This document shows positions 20,245 to 28,582 of a stretch of 64,000 bases of DNA, piece after piece. Origin of the DNA: an uncultured Verrucomicrobiae bacterium (GTDB lineage: Bacteria > Verrucomicrobiota > Verrucomicrobiia > Chthoniobacterales > Chthoniobacteraceae). A model generated the notes under the pieces. That model was not told the DNA's origin. It saw only the letters and a program-made list of their open reading frames with translations, and searched no databases. The DNA lies in NCBI GenBank assembly GCA_963836755.1, contig CAWIKF010000001.1, positions 640,001 to 704,000 on the forward strand. The letters are read 5' to 3'. Positions within the stretch are counted from its first letter, which is position 1. Each line of letters opens with the position of its first letter. The translations under genes were made by a program, and so were the position numbers.

Positions 20245-20640
20245 TCAGCTTTGATTTTTTACTCCGACGACTACCGCGTTCGCGACCGCGTAATGGTCGG
20301 AATGGCTCAGGCTGACGAGCGCTTCCATCACGCCAATTTTTTCCGCGAGCTCTCGCGCGACGTGATGTAAAACGATGAATGGCGCGCCATTTTCTTTTCG
20401 TAGAATCTCGATGTCGCGCCAGCCGATGCCGCCGCTGATGCCGGTGCCGAAAGCCTTTGAAACCGCTTCCTTCGCGGCGAAGCGCGCCGCGTAATGCCGC
20501 GCGGCGTGCGGCATCGCGGAGCAATACGCAATTTCATCGGCAGTAAAAACTCGTTTTAGAAAACGCTCGCCAAAACGTTGCAGCGACGTCTCGATCCGAA
20601 CGGTCTCGACCACGTCCACGCCGATGCCGAGAATTTCCAT
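20245..20640 (-). CDS. acpS: Holo-ACP synthase
   Basis: ILGIGVDVV, ARFAAKEAVSKAFGTG, SLSHS. Confidence 0.95.
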   Translation of the reverse strand: MEILGIGVDVVETVRIETSLQRFGERFLKRVFTADEIAYCSAMPHAARHYAARFAAKEAVSKAFGTGISGGIGWRDIEILRKENGAPFIVLHHVARELAEKIGVMEALVSLSHSDHYAVANAVVVGVKNQS

Positions 20641-21386
20641 CACGCGGAATAACCCGCCATCGCGGCAGCCATTTCGCGCACCGCTGTTTCGAGCCCGACC
20701 GAAAGCGCGCGCGCGATGATCGAGTGTCCAATGTTTAATTCGGTGAGATGCGGCAGGCGCAGAATGTCGGCGATGTTTGTGTAATTAATGCCGTGGCCGG
20801 CGTTGACCTGCAGATGCAATTCGGTGGCGAAGACTGCCGCTTCCGCGAGGTATTTCAGCTCCTGCTCGCGCGCCTTTCCGGCCGCATTTGCGAACGCGCC
20901 GGTGTGCAGTTCGACCGCTTCTGCGCCCAGTCGCTGCGCGGCTTCGACCTGGCCCGATGACGGATCGATGAACAAACTCACGCGCACTCCGGCGGATTGC
21001 AGACGGCGCACGGTCGGCTCGAGTTGCTTGAAATTTCGCACGACATCGAGGCCGCCTTCCGTCGTGATTTCCTGACGATTTTCGGGCACGAGACAAACAT
21101 CCTCGGGAAGAATTTTCAGCGCAAACGCGAGAATCTCCGGCGTGTTTCCCATCTCGAGATTCAGCTTTGTCATTACGCTTTCGCGCAACTGCCGCACGTC
21201 GCGATCCTGGATGTGACGCCGATCCGCGCGCAAATGAACGGTGATTCCATTCGCGCCCGCGCGCTCACAGGCGCTCGCCGCGGCGAGCAAGTCGGGTTCG
21301 ACGTTCGCCGCATCCGGCGTGTGTGCGTAACGCGTTTGCCGCAGGGTCGCGACGTGGTCGATATTGACGCCGAGGTTCAGTGGCAT
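20640..21386 (-). CDS. pdxJ: Pyridoxine 5'-phosphate synthase
   Basis: LGVNIDHVATLRQ, HLRADRRHI, TTEGGLD, NIGHSI. Confidence 0.95.
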   Translation of the reverse strand: MPLNLGVNIDHVATLRQTRYAHTPDAANVEPDLLAAASACERAGANGITVHLRADRRHIQDRDVRQLRESVMTKLNLEMGNTPEILAFALKILPEDVCLVPENRQEITTEGGLDVVRNFKQLEPTVRRLQSAGVRVSLFIDPSSGQVEAAQRLGAEAVELHTGAFANAAGKAREQELKYLAEAAVFATELHLQVNAGHGINYTNIADILRLPHLTELNIGHSIIARALSVGLETAVREMAAAMAGYSA

Positions 21387-21427
21387 GCAGGAATTTCGAA
21401 CGATGATCTGAAAACGCGCGGCGCGAT

Positions 21428-22963
21428 TTAATGGCGAAAGTGCCGCACGCCCGTGAATACCATCGCGAGTTTCCGCTCGTCCGCGGCGGCGATGACTTCC
21501 TTGTCACGCACCGAGCCGCCCGGCTGAATGGCGCACGTCGTGCCGGCTTCAGCCGCAGCGATGAGGCCGTCGGGAAACGGAAAAAAAGCGTCGCTGGCCA
21601 CGGCGCTTCCAACGAGCGAAAGCCCGGCATCGGCTGCTTTTAAAATCGCGATGCGCGATGCGTCCACGCGCGACATCTGTCCCGCACCGATGCCGAGTGT
21701 GCGGTCCTTCGACGCATAAACGATCGCATTCGATTTCACGTGTTTTACTACGCGCCAGCCAAAGATCATCGCCTGCATTTCGGCATGTGTGGGTGGACGC
21801 GCGGAAACGACGTTGCTTTCAAATTTCTCGATTTCCTGCGGATTTCTCACGTCCTGATCCTGGACGAGGATGCCGCCGATCACGGAGCGAATATCGAATT
21901 CGTCCTTCGTTTTTTCCGGTGCGAGCTTGCGCATGAGGCGCAGATTTTTCTTTTTCTGCAAAAGCGCGCGAGCTTCGGCGTCAAAGTCCGGCGCGATGAT
22001 GACCTCGCTGAAAATTTCGCTGATCGCGCGCGCGAGCGCCTCGGTCAGCGGGCGATTGCAGATGATGATTCCACCGAATGGCGCCTGCTTATCGGTCGCG
22101 AAAGCCTTATCCCATGCGGCTTTCAGGTCGGGATCGCTGCCGACGCCGCATGGGTTCGTGTGTTTTAAAATCGCGACAGTCGGCTCGGAAAATTCTTCGA
22201 TGAGCAGCGATGCGGCGCTGATGTCGAGGATGTTGTTAAACGAAAGTTCCTTGCCATGGAGTTTTTGAAAATGATCGTCGAAGCAGCCGTAAAGCGATGC
22301 CTGCTGATGCGGATTTTCGCCGTAGCGCAGCCGCGCGCCGAGCGGCAGGCAAAGGGAAAACGCGCACGTCGTTTCCTGTTCCTGATTGAAATAATTCGCG
22401 ATTGCGGAGTCGTAGCGCGACGTGGTCACGAAGACTTTGATGGCGAGCCGCTCGCGCAGTTTCAAAGTCGTCGCGCCATCATTCGCTCGCATATTTTCCA
22501 GCACATCCGCGTAATCGGCGGGATCGACCACGACGGTGACGGAGCGATAATTTTTCGCGGCGCTTCGGAGCATCGACGGGCCGCCGATGTCGATATTTTC
22601 AATCGCCTCCTCGAGCGTGACCGCCGGCTTCGCGATCGTCTGCTCGAATGGGTAAAGGTTCACGATCACGAGGTCGATCGGCTCGATGCTGTTTTCCTTT
22701 GCCTGCGCCTCGTGCGCGGGATTGTCGCGGAGATAAAGCAGACCGCCGTGAACTTTCGGGTGCAGCGTTTTCAAGCGGCCGTCGAGGATCTCCGGCGAGC
22801 CGGTGAACTTTGAAATTTCGGTCGAGTCGACCTCTTCTTTTTTCAACAGCGCCGCCGTGCCGCCCGTGGAAATAATCTCGACGCCCATCGCCACCAATTC
22901 GCGGGCAAAATCGATCAGGCCAGTCTTGTCGGAAACCGAAATCAGCGCGCGCTTTATTTGCAT
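21428..22963 (-). CDS. purH: Bifunctional AICAR transformylase / IMP cyclohydrolase
   Basis: [43 protein letters not shown]. Confidence 0.97.
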   Translation of the reverse strand: MQIKRALISVSDKTGLIDFARELVAMGVEIISTGGTAALLKKEEVDSTEISKFTGSPEILDGRLKTLHPKVHGGLLYLRDNPAHEAQAKENSIEPIDLVIVNLYPFEQTIAKPAVTLEEAIENIDIGGPSMLRSAAKNYRSVTVVVDPADYADVLENMRANDGATTLKLRERLAIKVFVTTSRYDSAIANYFNQEQETTCAFSLCLPLGARLRYGENPHQQASLYGCFDDHFQKLHGKELSFNNILDISAASLLIEEFSEPTVAILKHTNPCGVGSDPDLKAAWDKAFATDKQAPFGGIIICNRPLTEALARAISEIFSEVIIAPDFDAEARALLQKKKNLRLMRKLAPEKTKDEFDIRSVIGGILVQDQDVRNPQEIEKFESNVVSARPPTHAEMQAMIFGWRVVKHVKSNAIVYASKDRTLGIGAGQMSRVDASRIAILKAADAGLSLVGSAVASDAFFPFPDGLIAAAEAGTTCAIQPGGSVRDKEVIAAADERKLAMVFTGVRHFRH

Positions 22964-23084
22964 AAAAACGCCAGAGGCTAGTGCGTTCGTGCGGATGGGT
23001 CAATGCAGGTGCGAACGGGCTCGGAGCGAGCGCGCGGAAAGTTTTCGCACCCGCGGCTAGAGCCGCCGCTGCATTTGTGCTGTA

Positions 23085-23864
23085 GTGCGCGCTCTGATGA
23101 ATTGGTTCGATGAAAAAGCCGGCAAATTAATCGAGGGAATCCGCGTCAACGCATTCTCCCGAGAGGTGCGCGGCGGCGTGCCATTCATCGTCAAACGCCG
23201 TCGTCGCGCCGCCTGGCCCCTGCTGCGCACCGCGAACATTTTTTTCCAGCTCGCAAAAAATCCGGCCTACGTTTGCGAGCGGCCGGCGGACTGGCAGCGC
23301 TGGGAAAGTGGCTGCTTCAAAATGCTGCACGGCGATCGGTTCGCCGTCGTGACCGAGGGTTCAAACACGGTGCGCGCCGAGGTGCTGCCCGGTCGGTCGC
23401 TTGTGTCGCATCTCGATTCGGGAACGTTCACCGAAGCGATGGTGATCGCGGCCGCGGTCGAGCTGAGACGCGGGCACACGATGCATTCGCCGGAATTCCG
23501 CGAGAGCTGGTCGCATGGCGACCCGAACCTCGCGAATTTCCTTTTCGACACGGCCGAGCAACGGGCGCGGATGATCGATTTTGAAATCCTCCACTTCCGC
23601 TCGCTGCCAGCGGCGGAACGGCATTCGGCGGACCTGCTCGTTTTTTTGCAAGACCTGCTCGGATGCGTCACGGAGCAGGATTGGCTGCCGCTGGCGCGTG
23701 TCTTTTTAGCGGCCTATGATTGCGACGCGCTCCTCCCGTTTTTGCGACGACAGCTCATCGTGCCGCGCGGCATCCCACGCGTCTGGTGGTGGATTCGCAC
23801 AAACTACGTTCCGGGCCGCGTGCTGCGCGCGCGCATCGCGGCGCTCAACGAAGCGCTGGAGTGA
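23085..23864 (+). CDS. Hypothetical protein with kinase-like (APH/RIO/Kdo) motifs
   Basis: HGDPNLANF and MIDFE resemble HxD..N and DFx loops. Confidence 0.55.
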   Translation: MRALMNWFDEKAGKLIEGIRVNAFSREVRGGVPFIVKRRRRAAWPLLRTANIFFQLAKNPAYVCERPADWQRWESGCFKMLHGDRFAVVTEGSNTVRAEVLPGRSLVSHLDSGTFTEAMVIAAAVELRRGHTMHSPEFRESWSHGDPNLANFLFDTAEQRARMIDFEILHFRSLPAAERHSADLLVFLQDLLGCVTEQDWLPLARVFLAAYDCDALLPFLRRQLIVPRGIPRVWWWIRTNYVPGRVLRARIAALNEALE

Positions 23865-24471
23865 TCTGGCGAAACGCTGGATGCTCACCGATCCGCTTCA
23901 TTGCTTGCTCTAGGAGCGTTTTTCCCGGCTCGATGCGATGCCACGGCGAAGCGCCGGAAGGATGCGGCAGCGGGATCAGTGCGAACTTTTTTCCGTGAAG
24001 TTCCAGATCGAACTTTTTACCAATCACCTCATCGAGCTTTGTAAAATTGAGGAAAAGTCGAATAGCGAGTTTCCCCACTGGGATTACGAGCGACGGCTGT
24101 AGAATTTCGAATTCGGCGTCCATCCACTTGGAGCAGTTTTGAATTTCCCGATCGTTCGGCACCCGATCGCCGCCGGCAGAATTTTTTCCGGGAAAGCAAC
24201 GACAAACAGCGGCCATGTAAATTCGCGCGCGAAACTCCGCTTCGCTCAAGCCGCAAAATTTTTCGAACCAACCGAACATCGTCCGGCCCGCAGTCCACGC
24301 GAAAGGCCGTCCCAGCAAGGGCTCGCGGGTGCCGGGCGCCTGGCCGATGAGTAAAATTTTGCTGACGACTGCTCCGCCCGAAACTGGCGGCCGATGCATG
24401 AGCGGACAGCGCGCGCAGGCGCGCAACCGCGCGACGTGCGCGTCGAGCAGGCGCTGCGTCTGCGTGCTCAT
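23845..24471 (-). CDS. Uracil-DNA glycosylase family protein
   Basis: CxxC, IGQAPG, RCFPGK..GDR.P, LPHPSGAS. Confidence 0.85.
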   Translation of the reverse strand: MSTQTQRLLDAHVARLRACARCPLMHRPPVSGGAVVSKILLIGQAPGTREPLLGRPFAWTAGRTMFGWFEKFCGLSEAEFRARIYMAAVCRCFPGKNSAGGDRVPNDREIQNCSKWMDAEFEILQPSLVIPVGKLAIRLFLNFTKLDEVIGKKFDLELHGKKFALIPLPHPSGASPWHRIEPGKTLLEQAMKRIGEHPAFRQITPALR

Positions 24472-25418
24472 GCGGAACGAAGCTGCGCACCTGGCGCGAT
24501 GGGATGACCGCGCAAAAGTTCGCCCGCCTGCATTCGCTTTTTTCCCTCGAGCTGAATTTCGCGAAGCAAAACTGCCTCGTTTCCGGCAGCGACGAGCAAG
24601 CCGTTCGCATCCGCGCGAAGCACGGTTCCTGGATTCCCCGATGCGCGCCGCACTCGGATCGCGGAAAATATTTTGCACTTTTTCTCTTCGCCGTCGCGAA
24701 CCGGAAGCCAGGTGAAAGTCGCGGGCCACGGATTGAATGCGCGAATTTTTCGCTCCAGATTTTCGGCCGTGTCGCTCCAGAAAAGTTCGCCATCCCCGCG
24801 CTCGAGCTTTGCGGCGTAGGTCGCGTGGCGATTATCCTGCGGAATGCGTGGCGCGCTGCCTTGTTGCAAAAGTGCTAGCGCTTCGTTGAGGGCGGCCGGC
24901 GCCAGAGCCGCGAGCCGATCATGCAACGAGCCGCCGGTCTCGCGGCGGCGGATGCGCAATTCCTTCTTTAAAAGGATGTCGCCGGTGTCGAGACCTTCGT
25001 CGACATACATCACTGTTATACCCGTCGTGCGGTTACCGGCGAGGATCGCAGCCTGAATCGGCGCCGCGCCGCGATGGAGTGGCAGCAGTGATGCATGCAA
25101 ATTCAAGCAGGCGATGCGCGGCAATTCCAAAAGCTGTCGCGGAAGAATTTGTCCGTAAGCCATGACCACGATCACGTCGGGATCCCATTCGCGAACTGGC
25201 TCAATCGCATCCGCTGCGCGAATTTTGACGGGTTGATAAATCGGCGCGCCGTGGCGTTGAGCGAGGAGTCTGATCGGCGAGGGGAGCAGTTCTTGTTTAC
25301 GGCCCGCCGGTTTGTCGGGCTGCGTGACGACTCCAACAACGATGTGCTCTGGAGTGTTAAACAAGCTGCCAAGCGTCGGAAGGCCGATGCTGCCCGTGCC
25401 GATAAAGACCAGCCGCAC
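24468..25418 (-). CDS. fmt: Methionyl-tRNA formyltransferase
   Basis: VVTQPDKPAGR, NLHASLLP.HRGAAPI, GLDTGD; GTG start. Confidence 0.95.
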   Translation of the reverse strand: MRLVFIGTGSIGLPTLGSLFNTPEHIVVGVVTQPDKPAGRKQELLPSPIRLLAQRHGAPIYQPVKIRAADAIEPVREWDPDVIVVMAYGQILPRQLLELPRIACLNLHASLLPLHRGAAPIQAAILAGNRTTGITVMYVDEGLDTGDILLKKELRIRRRETGGSLHDRLAALAPAALNEALALLQQGSAPRIPQDNRHATYAAKLERGDGELFWSDTAENLERKIRAFNPWPATFTWLPVRDGEEKKCKIFSAIRVRRASGNPGTVLRADANGLLVAAGNEAVLLREIQLEGKKRMQAGELLRGHPIAPGAQLRSA

Positions 25419-25422
25419 GTGT

Positions 25423-25659
25423 TTACGGCAGGAGGAGCGAGGGGCGTGCCGCTTTTCCGCGTCCGCCTCTTGCCGCCACTTTTTCACCGGCAGTCACTTC
25501 GCGCTGGCCGACGGAACTGGCGCACCCGGTGCAAAGATAATCGTAAATTTCCTTGTCGGGCAGCACGAGCAGCAGCCGCTCGCGCACCGGCATCGCGGCC
25601 TGACACTTTTGGCAATAGAGCGACGAGGCGCGCAGGCTCTCGAATTGCGGAGTGTTCAT
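25423..25659 (-). CDS. Small zinc-ribbon protein (CxxC-x23-CxxC)
   Basis: 78 aa; ATGA overlap with adk. Confidence 0.7.
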   Translation of the reverse strand: MNTPQFESLRASSLYCQKCQAAMPVRERLLLVLPDKEIYDYLCTGCASSVGQREVTAGEKVAARGGRGKAARPSLLLP

Positions 25660-26237
25660 AAAGTGAGGATCGTGTTGATGATTTCCTGCGTCACTTTTAG
25701 CGGCATCTGCGTGGCATCAATGTTTTTCGTGAGGGCATCGCCGTAAAAATCGAGCACCGGTTTCGACTCGGCGTCGTAGGTTTCAAGCCGATTGCGGATG
25801 ATTCCCTCATTGGCATCGTCGAGCCGATTGTCCTTGAGCGCGCGCTTTTTCAAACGCGAAATCAATGCGGAGCGATCGGGGCATGAGAGATGGAAGACTT
25901 GTTTTACGTCAATCAAATCGCCCATGATCCTCGCCTGATCGACGTTGCGGGGGATGCCGTCGAGCACGAGCGAATCGATGTCGGGCTTGAAAACATGCGC
26001 GCCGACGGCGTCCTGAATGCGCGCCGACCAAAGCTTCACGGTAATGTCGGCGGGAACGAGCTCGCCTCTGCTCGAGTAGTCGAGAAACGCCTGGCCGATC
26101 GGCGTGCGCGTATCGATCGACCGAAAAACGTCGCCGCACGCGCAGTGAAAAAAGCGCGGGATGCTGCCGAGAATTTTGCCCTGCGTTCCTTTGCCGGAGC
26201 CGGGCGCGCCGAAGATGAGGAATGTTTGATATTTCAC
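25656..26237 (-). CDS. adk: Adenylate/nucleoside monophosphate kinase, short (LID-less) type
   Basis: GAPGSGKGTQ, GELVP, LDGIPR, R.DD..RL..Y. Confidence 0.85.
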   Translation of the reverse strand: MKYQTFLIFGAPGSGKGTQGKILGSIPRFFHCACGDVFRSIDTRTPIGQAFLDYSSRGELVPADITVKLWSARIQDAVGAHVFKPDIDSLVLDGIPRNVDQARIMGDLIDVKQVFHLSCPDRSALISRLKKRALKDNRLDDANEGIIRNRLETYDAESKPVLDFYGDALTKNIDATQMPLKVTQEIINTILTL

Positions 26238-26261
26238 ACGAGGAGTGGCGAAGGCAAAATT

Positions 26262-27248
26262 TTAAGGCAGCGCGCGGCATTCGTCGAGGCAGTTGTCAGC
26301 ATCCGACAAAGCTTGAGCGAGAGCGCGCTCGATCGGGGTTTTCACGACCGGCACTTCGAGATTTTTCAAAGCTCCGCCGGGTGAGGGAACGATGCGCACG
26401 TTTGGATTTGCGGGCGCCCATACATCGGGATCGGTCGGTCCAAACAGCAGCACGCAAGGCGTGTCGAGCGCTGCGGCGAGATGGGAAATTCCACTGTCGT
26501 GGCCGAGGAATAATTTCGCCCGCTCGAGAATCGCCGCGAGTCGCGTGAGCGGTAAATGTTGCGCGAGAAGCATCCGACGATCTTTCCAGGCGTGGCCGAG
26601 GGTTTGCAAAGCCGCGCGATCCGCTTCGCCGCCGATCAGCAGCAAAGTCGCATCCGGCGCTCTTTCAAAAATCCAGTCGCCGATTTCGCGCCAGCGATCG
26701 AGCGGCCAATTTTTCTTTTCGCTGCCACTGCCGGGATGCAGCGCGATAAATGGAGAATTTTTTCCCCGCAAAAATTCTGCGGCGAATTCGCGATCCGCGT
26801 CGCTCGGATGAAGCGTCGCCGCGCGATTTTCGAGATAAAGGGCGAGCTGCTCGAGCGGACGCGCGAGTTGTTGCGCGGCGTGTGCGGAATCGTCGAGACG
26901 CGGCGGTGCGTGGAGGAGATGTTTGACGCCACACCGGCGCAGGTTGTTTTCAAAAATCTGATCGGGATCGTAAAGGTAACTGACGACTTGCTGGAAGCTG
27001 GCGAAATAGTCGATGAGCTCCGGCGCGAGCTCCGCCTGCGGAATGAAAAAACGCGCGAGTGCCGAGTATTCGATCGACCGCGTCGCATCGGCATAAAATC
27101 GACCTTCAGCGAGCGCGATGATGTGTTTGTAGCCGAGGATCTCGAGATGCGCCTGCGGAAAATTTTCGCGCAAAAGTTTGATCGCAGGCAGCGTCAAAAT
27201 GAAATCGCCGAGCGCTCCTCCGCGAATGACGAGAATGCGCGGACGCAT
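26262..27248 (-). CDS. Glycosyltransferase family 9 (heptosyltransferase-like)
   Basis: ILVIR.GALGD, HPGSG..KNWP, GHDSGISHLAAA, LFGPT. Confidence 0.9.
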   Translation of the reverse strand: MRPRILVIRGGALGDFILTLPAIKLLRENFPQAHLEILGYKHIIALAEGRFYADATRSIEYSALARFFIPQAELAPELIDYFASFQQVVSYLYDPDQIFENNLRRCGVKHLLHAPPRLDDSAHAAQQLARPLEQLALYLENRAATLHPSDADREFAAEFLRGKNSPFIALHPGSGSEKKNWPLDRWREIGDWIFERAPDATLLLIGGEADRAALQTLGHAWKDRRMLLAQHLPLTRLAAILERAKLFLGHDSGISHLAAALDTPCVLLFGPTDPDVWAPANPNVRIVPSPGGALKNLEVPVVKTPIERALAQALSDADNCLDECRALP

Positions 27249-27284
27249 GGAAAAAACTAGCGCGCCGAACGTGCGGCGCAACCG

Positions 27285-27470
27285 CTATTGCGTGGTCGGA
27301 GCCATGCCGCCGAGCGCGCCGGTGCCTTCCCATTTCTCCGGCTTGTTCCAAGGAATCGCGCTCACGTGATCCTGATTTTGCGGCGGCGGATTATCCGATG
27401 CGCAACCGGCGATCGAGATGCAAAAAAGACTCAATAAAAGTGCTGATGCAACCTTCGTCGGGATTTTCAA
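27285..27470 (-). CDS. Small lipoprotein
   Basis: Lipobox IAGC; IPWNKPEKWEG motif. Confidence 0.6.
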   Translation of the reverse strand: MKIPTKVASALLLSLFCISIAGCASDNPPPQNQDHVSAIPWNKPEKWEGTGALGGMAPTTQ

Positions 27471-27476
27471 GACGAG

Positions 27477-28250
27477 CTATTGGGAAAAAATTACGCGGTC
27501 GCCGGGTTGCACATGCGCACCGCGCGCGAGCGTGCCGGGGACGACGTCGGCGACGGAAGTGGAAGGCTCGACTGAGGTGATATGCACCTTCGCGATCCGC
27601 GTGTCGCCGCGCACCACGAGCATGTCGGCGTTCATCACGGCGCCCTGCCGATCGCCGAGGCTGAGCACCACGAAATTCCAGCCGGCGTTGACCGCGAGAA
27701 CCTGACCTTCGAGGCCCGGCCGCATCAATCCCGCCTGGCGTTTTGCTTCCTTGTCTTTGAGCTCCTTCGTCGTCGCTTCCGCGTCACGCACTTTATTTTC
27801 CAGCGTCGTCTTCACGGTCTGCAGCTCAGCGAGTTTCGTCTGCGAATCTTTCAGGTCGTTCTGCAATTTCGCCACTTCCGGATTTTCGCCGGGCGTAGCG
27901 GTGCCGCTCATCGCCGCGACTTTTTTGTTCAAGTCTTCCACTTGCGCATTCGCCGTATCGAGCTTCGTCTGCGTCTCCTTTGCGAGGTCCGCATTTTTTT
28001 GCGCCTCGGCATGCGCGGCGGCGGCGTCGGCCGTGGCAGTGTCCGCGCGCTGCTTCTCGGCGGCGGTTTCGTCGCGAGAAGTTTTCAAGTCCGCCTGCGT
28101 TTTCGCGAGCGTCGCTTTCGTGCTTTGGAGGTTCTCCTGCGTCGTTTTCAAAACTTCGCGCAAGCCAGTGATGGTGCCTTTGGTTTGGAAGCCCAGGAAA
28201 GCGGTGGCGAGCATCAAAACGATTGCAACACCCAGAACGATTTTAGCCAT
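27477..28250 (-). CDS. Membrane-anchored coiled-coil protein with C-terminal beta domain
   Basis: N-terminal TM, long heptad region, GQVLAVN..WNFVV..GDRV tail. Confidence 0.75.
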   Translation of the reverse strand: MAKIVLGVAIVLMLATAFLGFQTKGTITGLREVLKTTQENLQSTKATLAKTQADLKTSRDETAAEKQRADTATADAAAAHAEAQKNADLAKETQTKLDTANAQVEDLNKKVAAMSGTATPGENPEVAKLQNDLKDSQTKLAELQTVKTTLENKVRDAEATTKELKDKEAKRQAGLMRPGLEGQVLAVNAGWNFVVLSLGDRQGAVMNADMLVVRGDTRIAKVHITSVEPSTSVADVVPGTLARGAHVQPGDRVIFSQ

Positions 28251-28412
28251 AATTATTGGGAATGTATTTTGGTTGGGGCCGGGGAGAACGTGCGCAAAGG
28301 CGAACATCCTTTTCGGAACGGGGCCACTTCTATGCCGTGCGGCGCGATTAATGCAAGAGCTTTGATGACAAAAAATTTGTTTTCCCCAAAAATTACCACA
28401 ATAGTCTCGGCC

Positions 28413-28506
28413 CCGTCAGGGACTATGGATCGAAGGCAGACAAACCCCGCCAGGGCCGGAAGGCAGCAACGGTAGTCAGACTTTCCCTGCCGTAGCTCCC
28501 TGGCGG
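28413..28506 (+). ncRNA. ffs: Signal recognition particle (4.5S) RNA
   Basis: Domain IV motif GCCAGGGCCGGAAGGCAGCAAC; closing stem CCGTCAGGGA/TCCCTGGCGG. Confidence 0.88.
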
Positions 28507-28582
28507 CTTCTTCGCAAAACGGCTGCGCGGCGTCATTTTTATTTCAGCAAGCCCATTATATAACCTACAGTTCTCAGACTCT

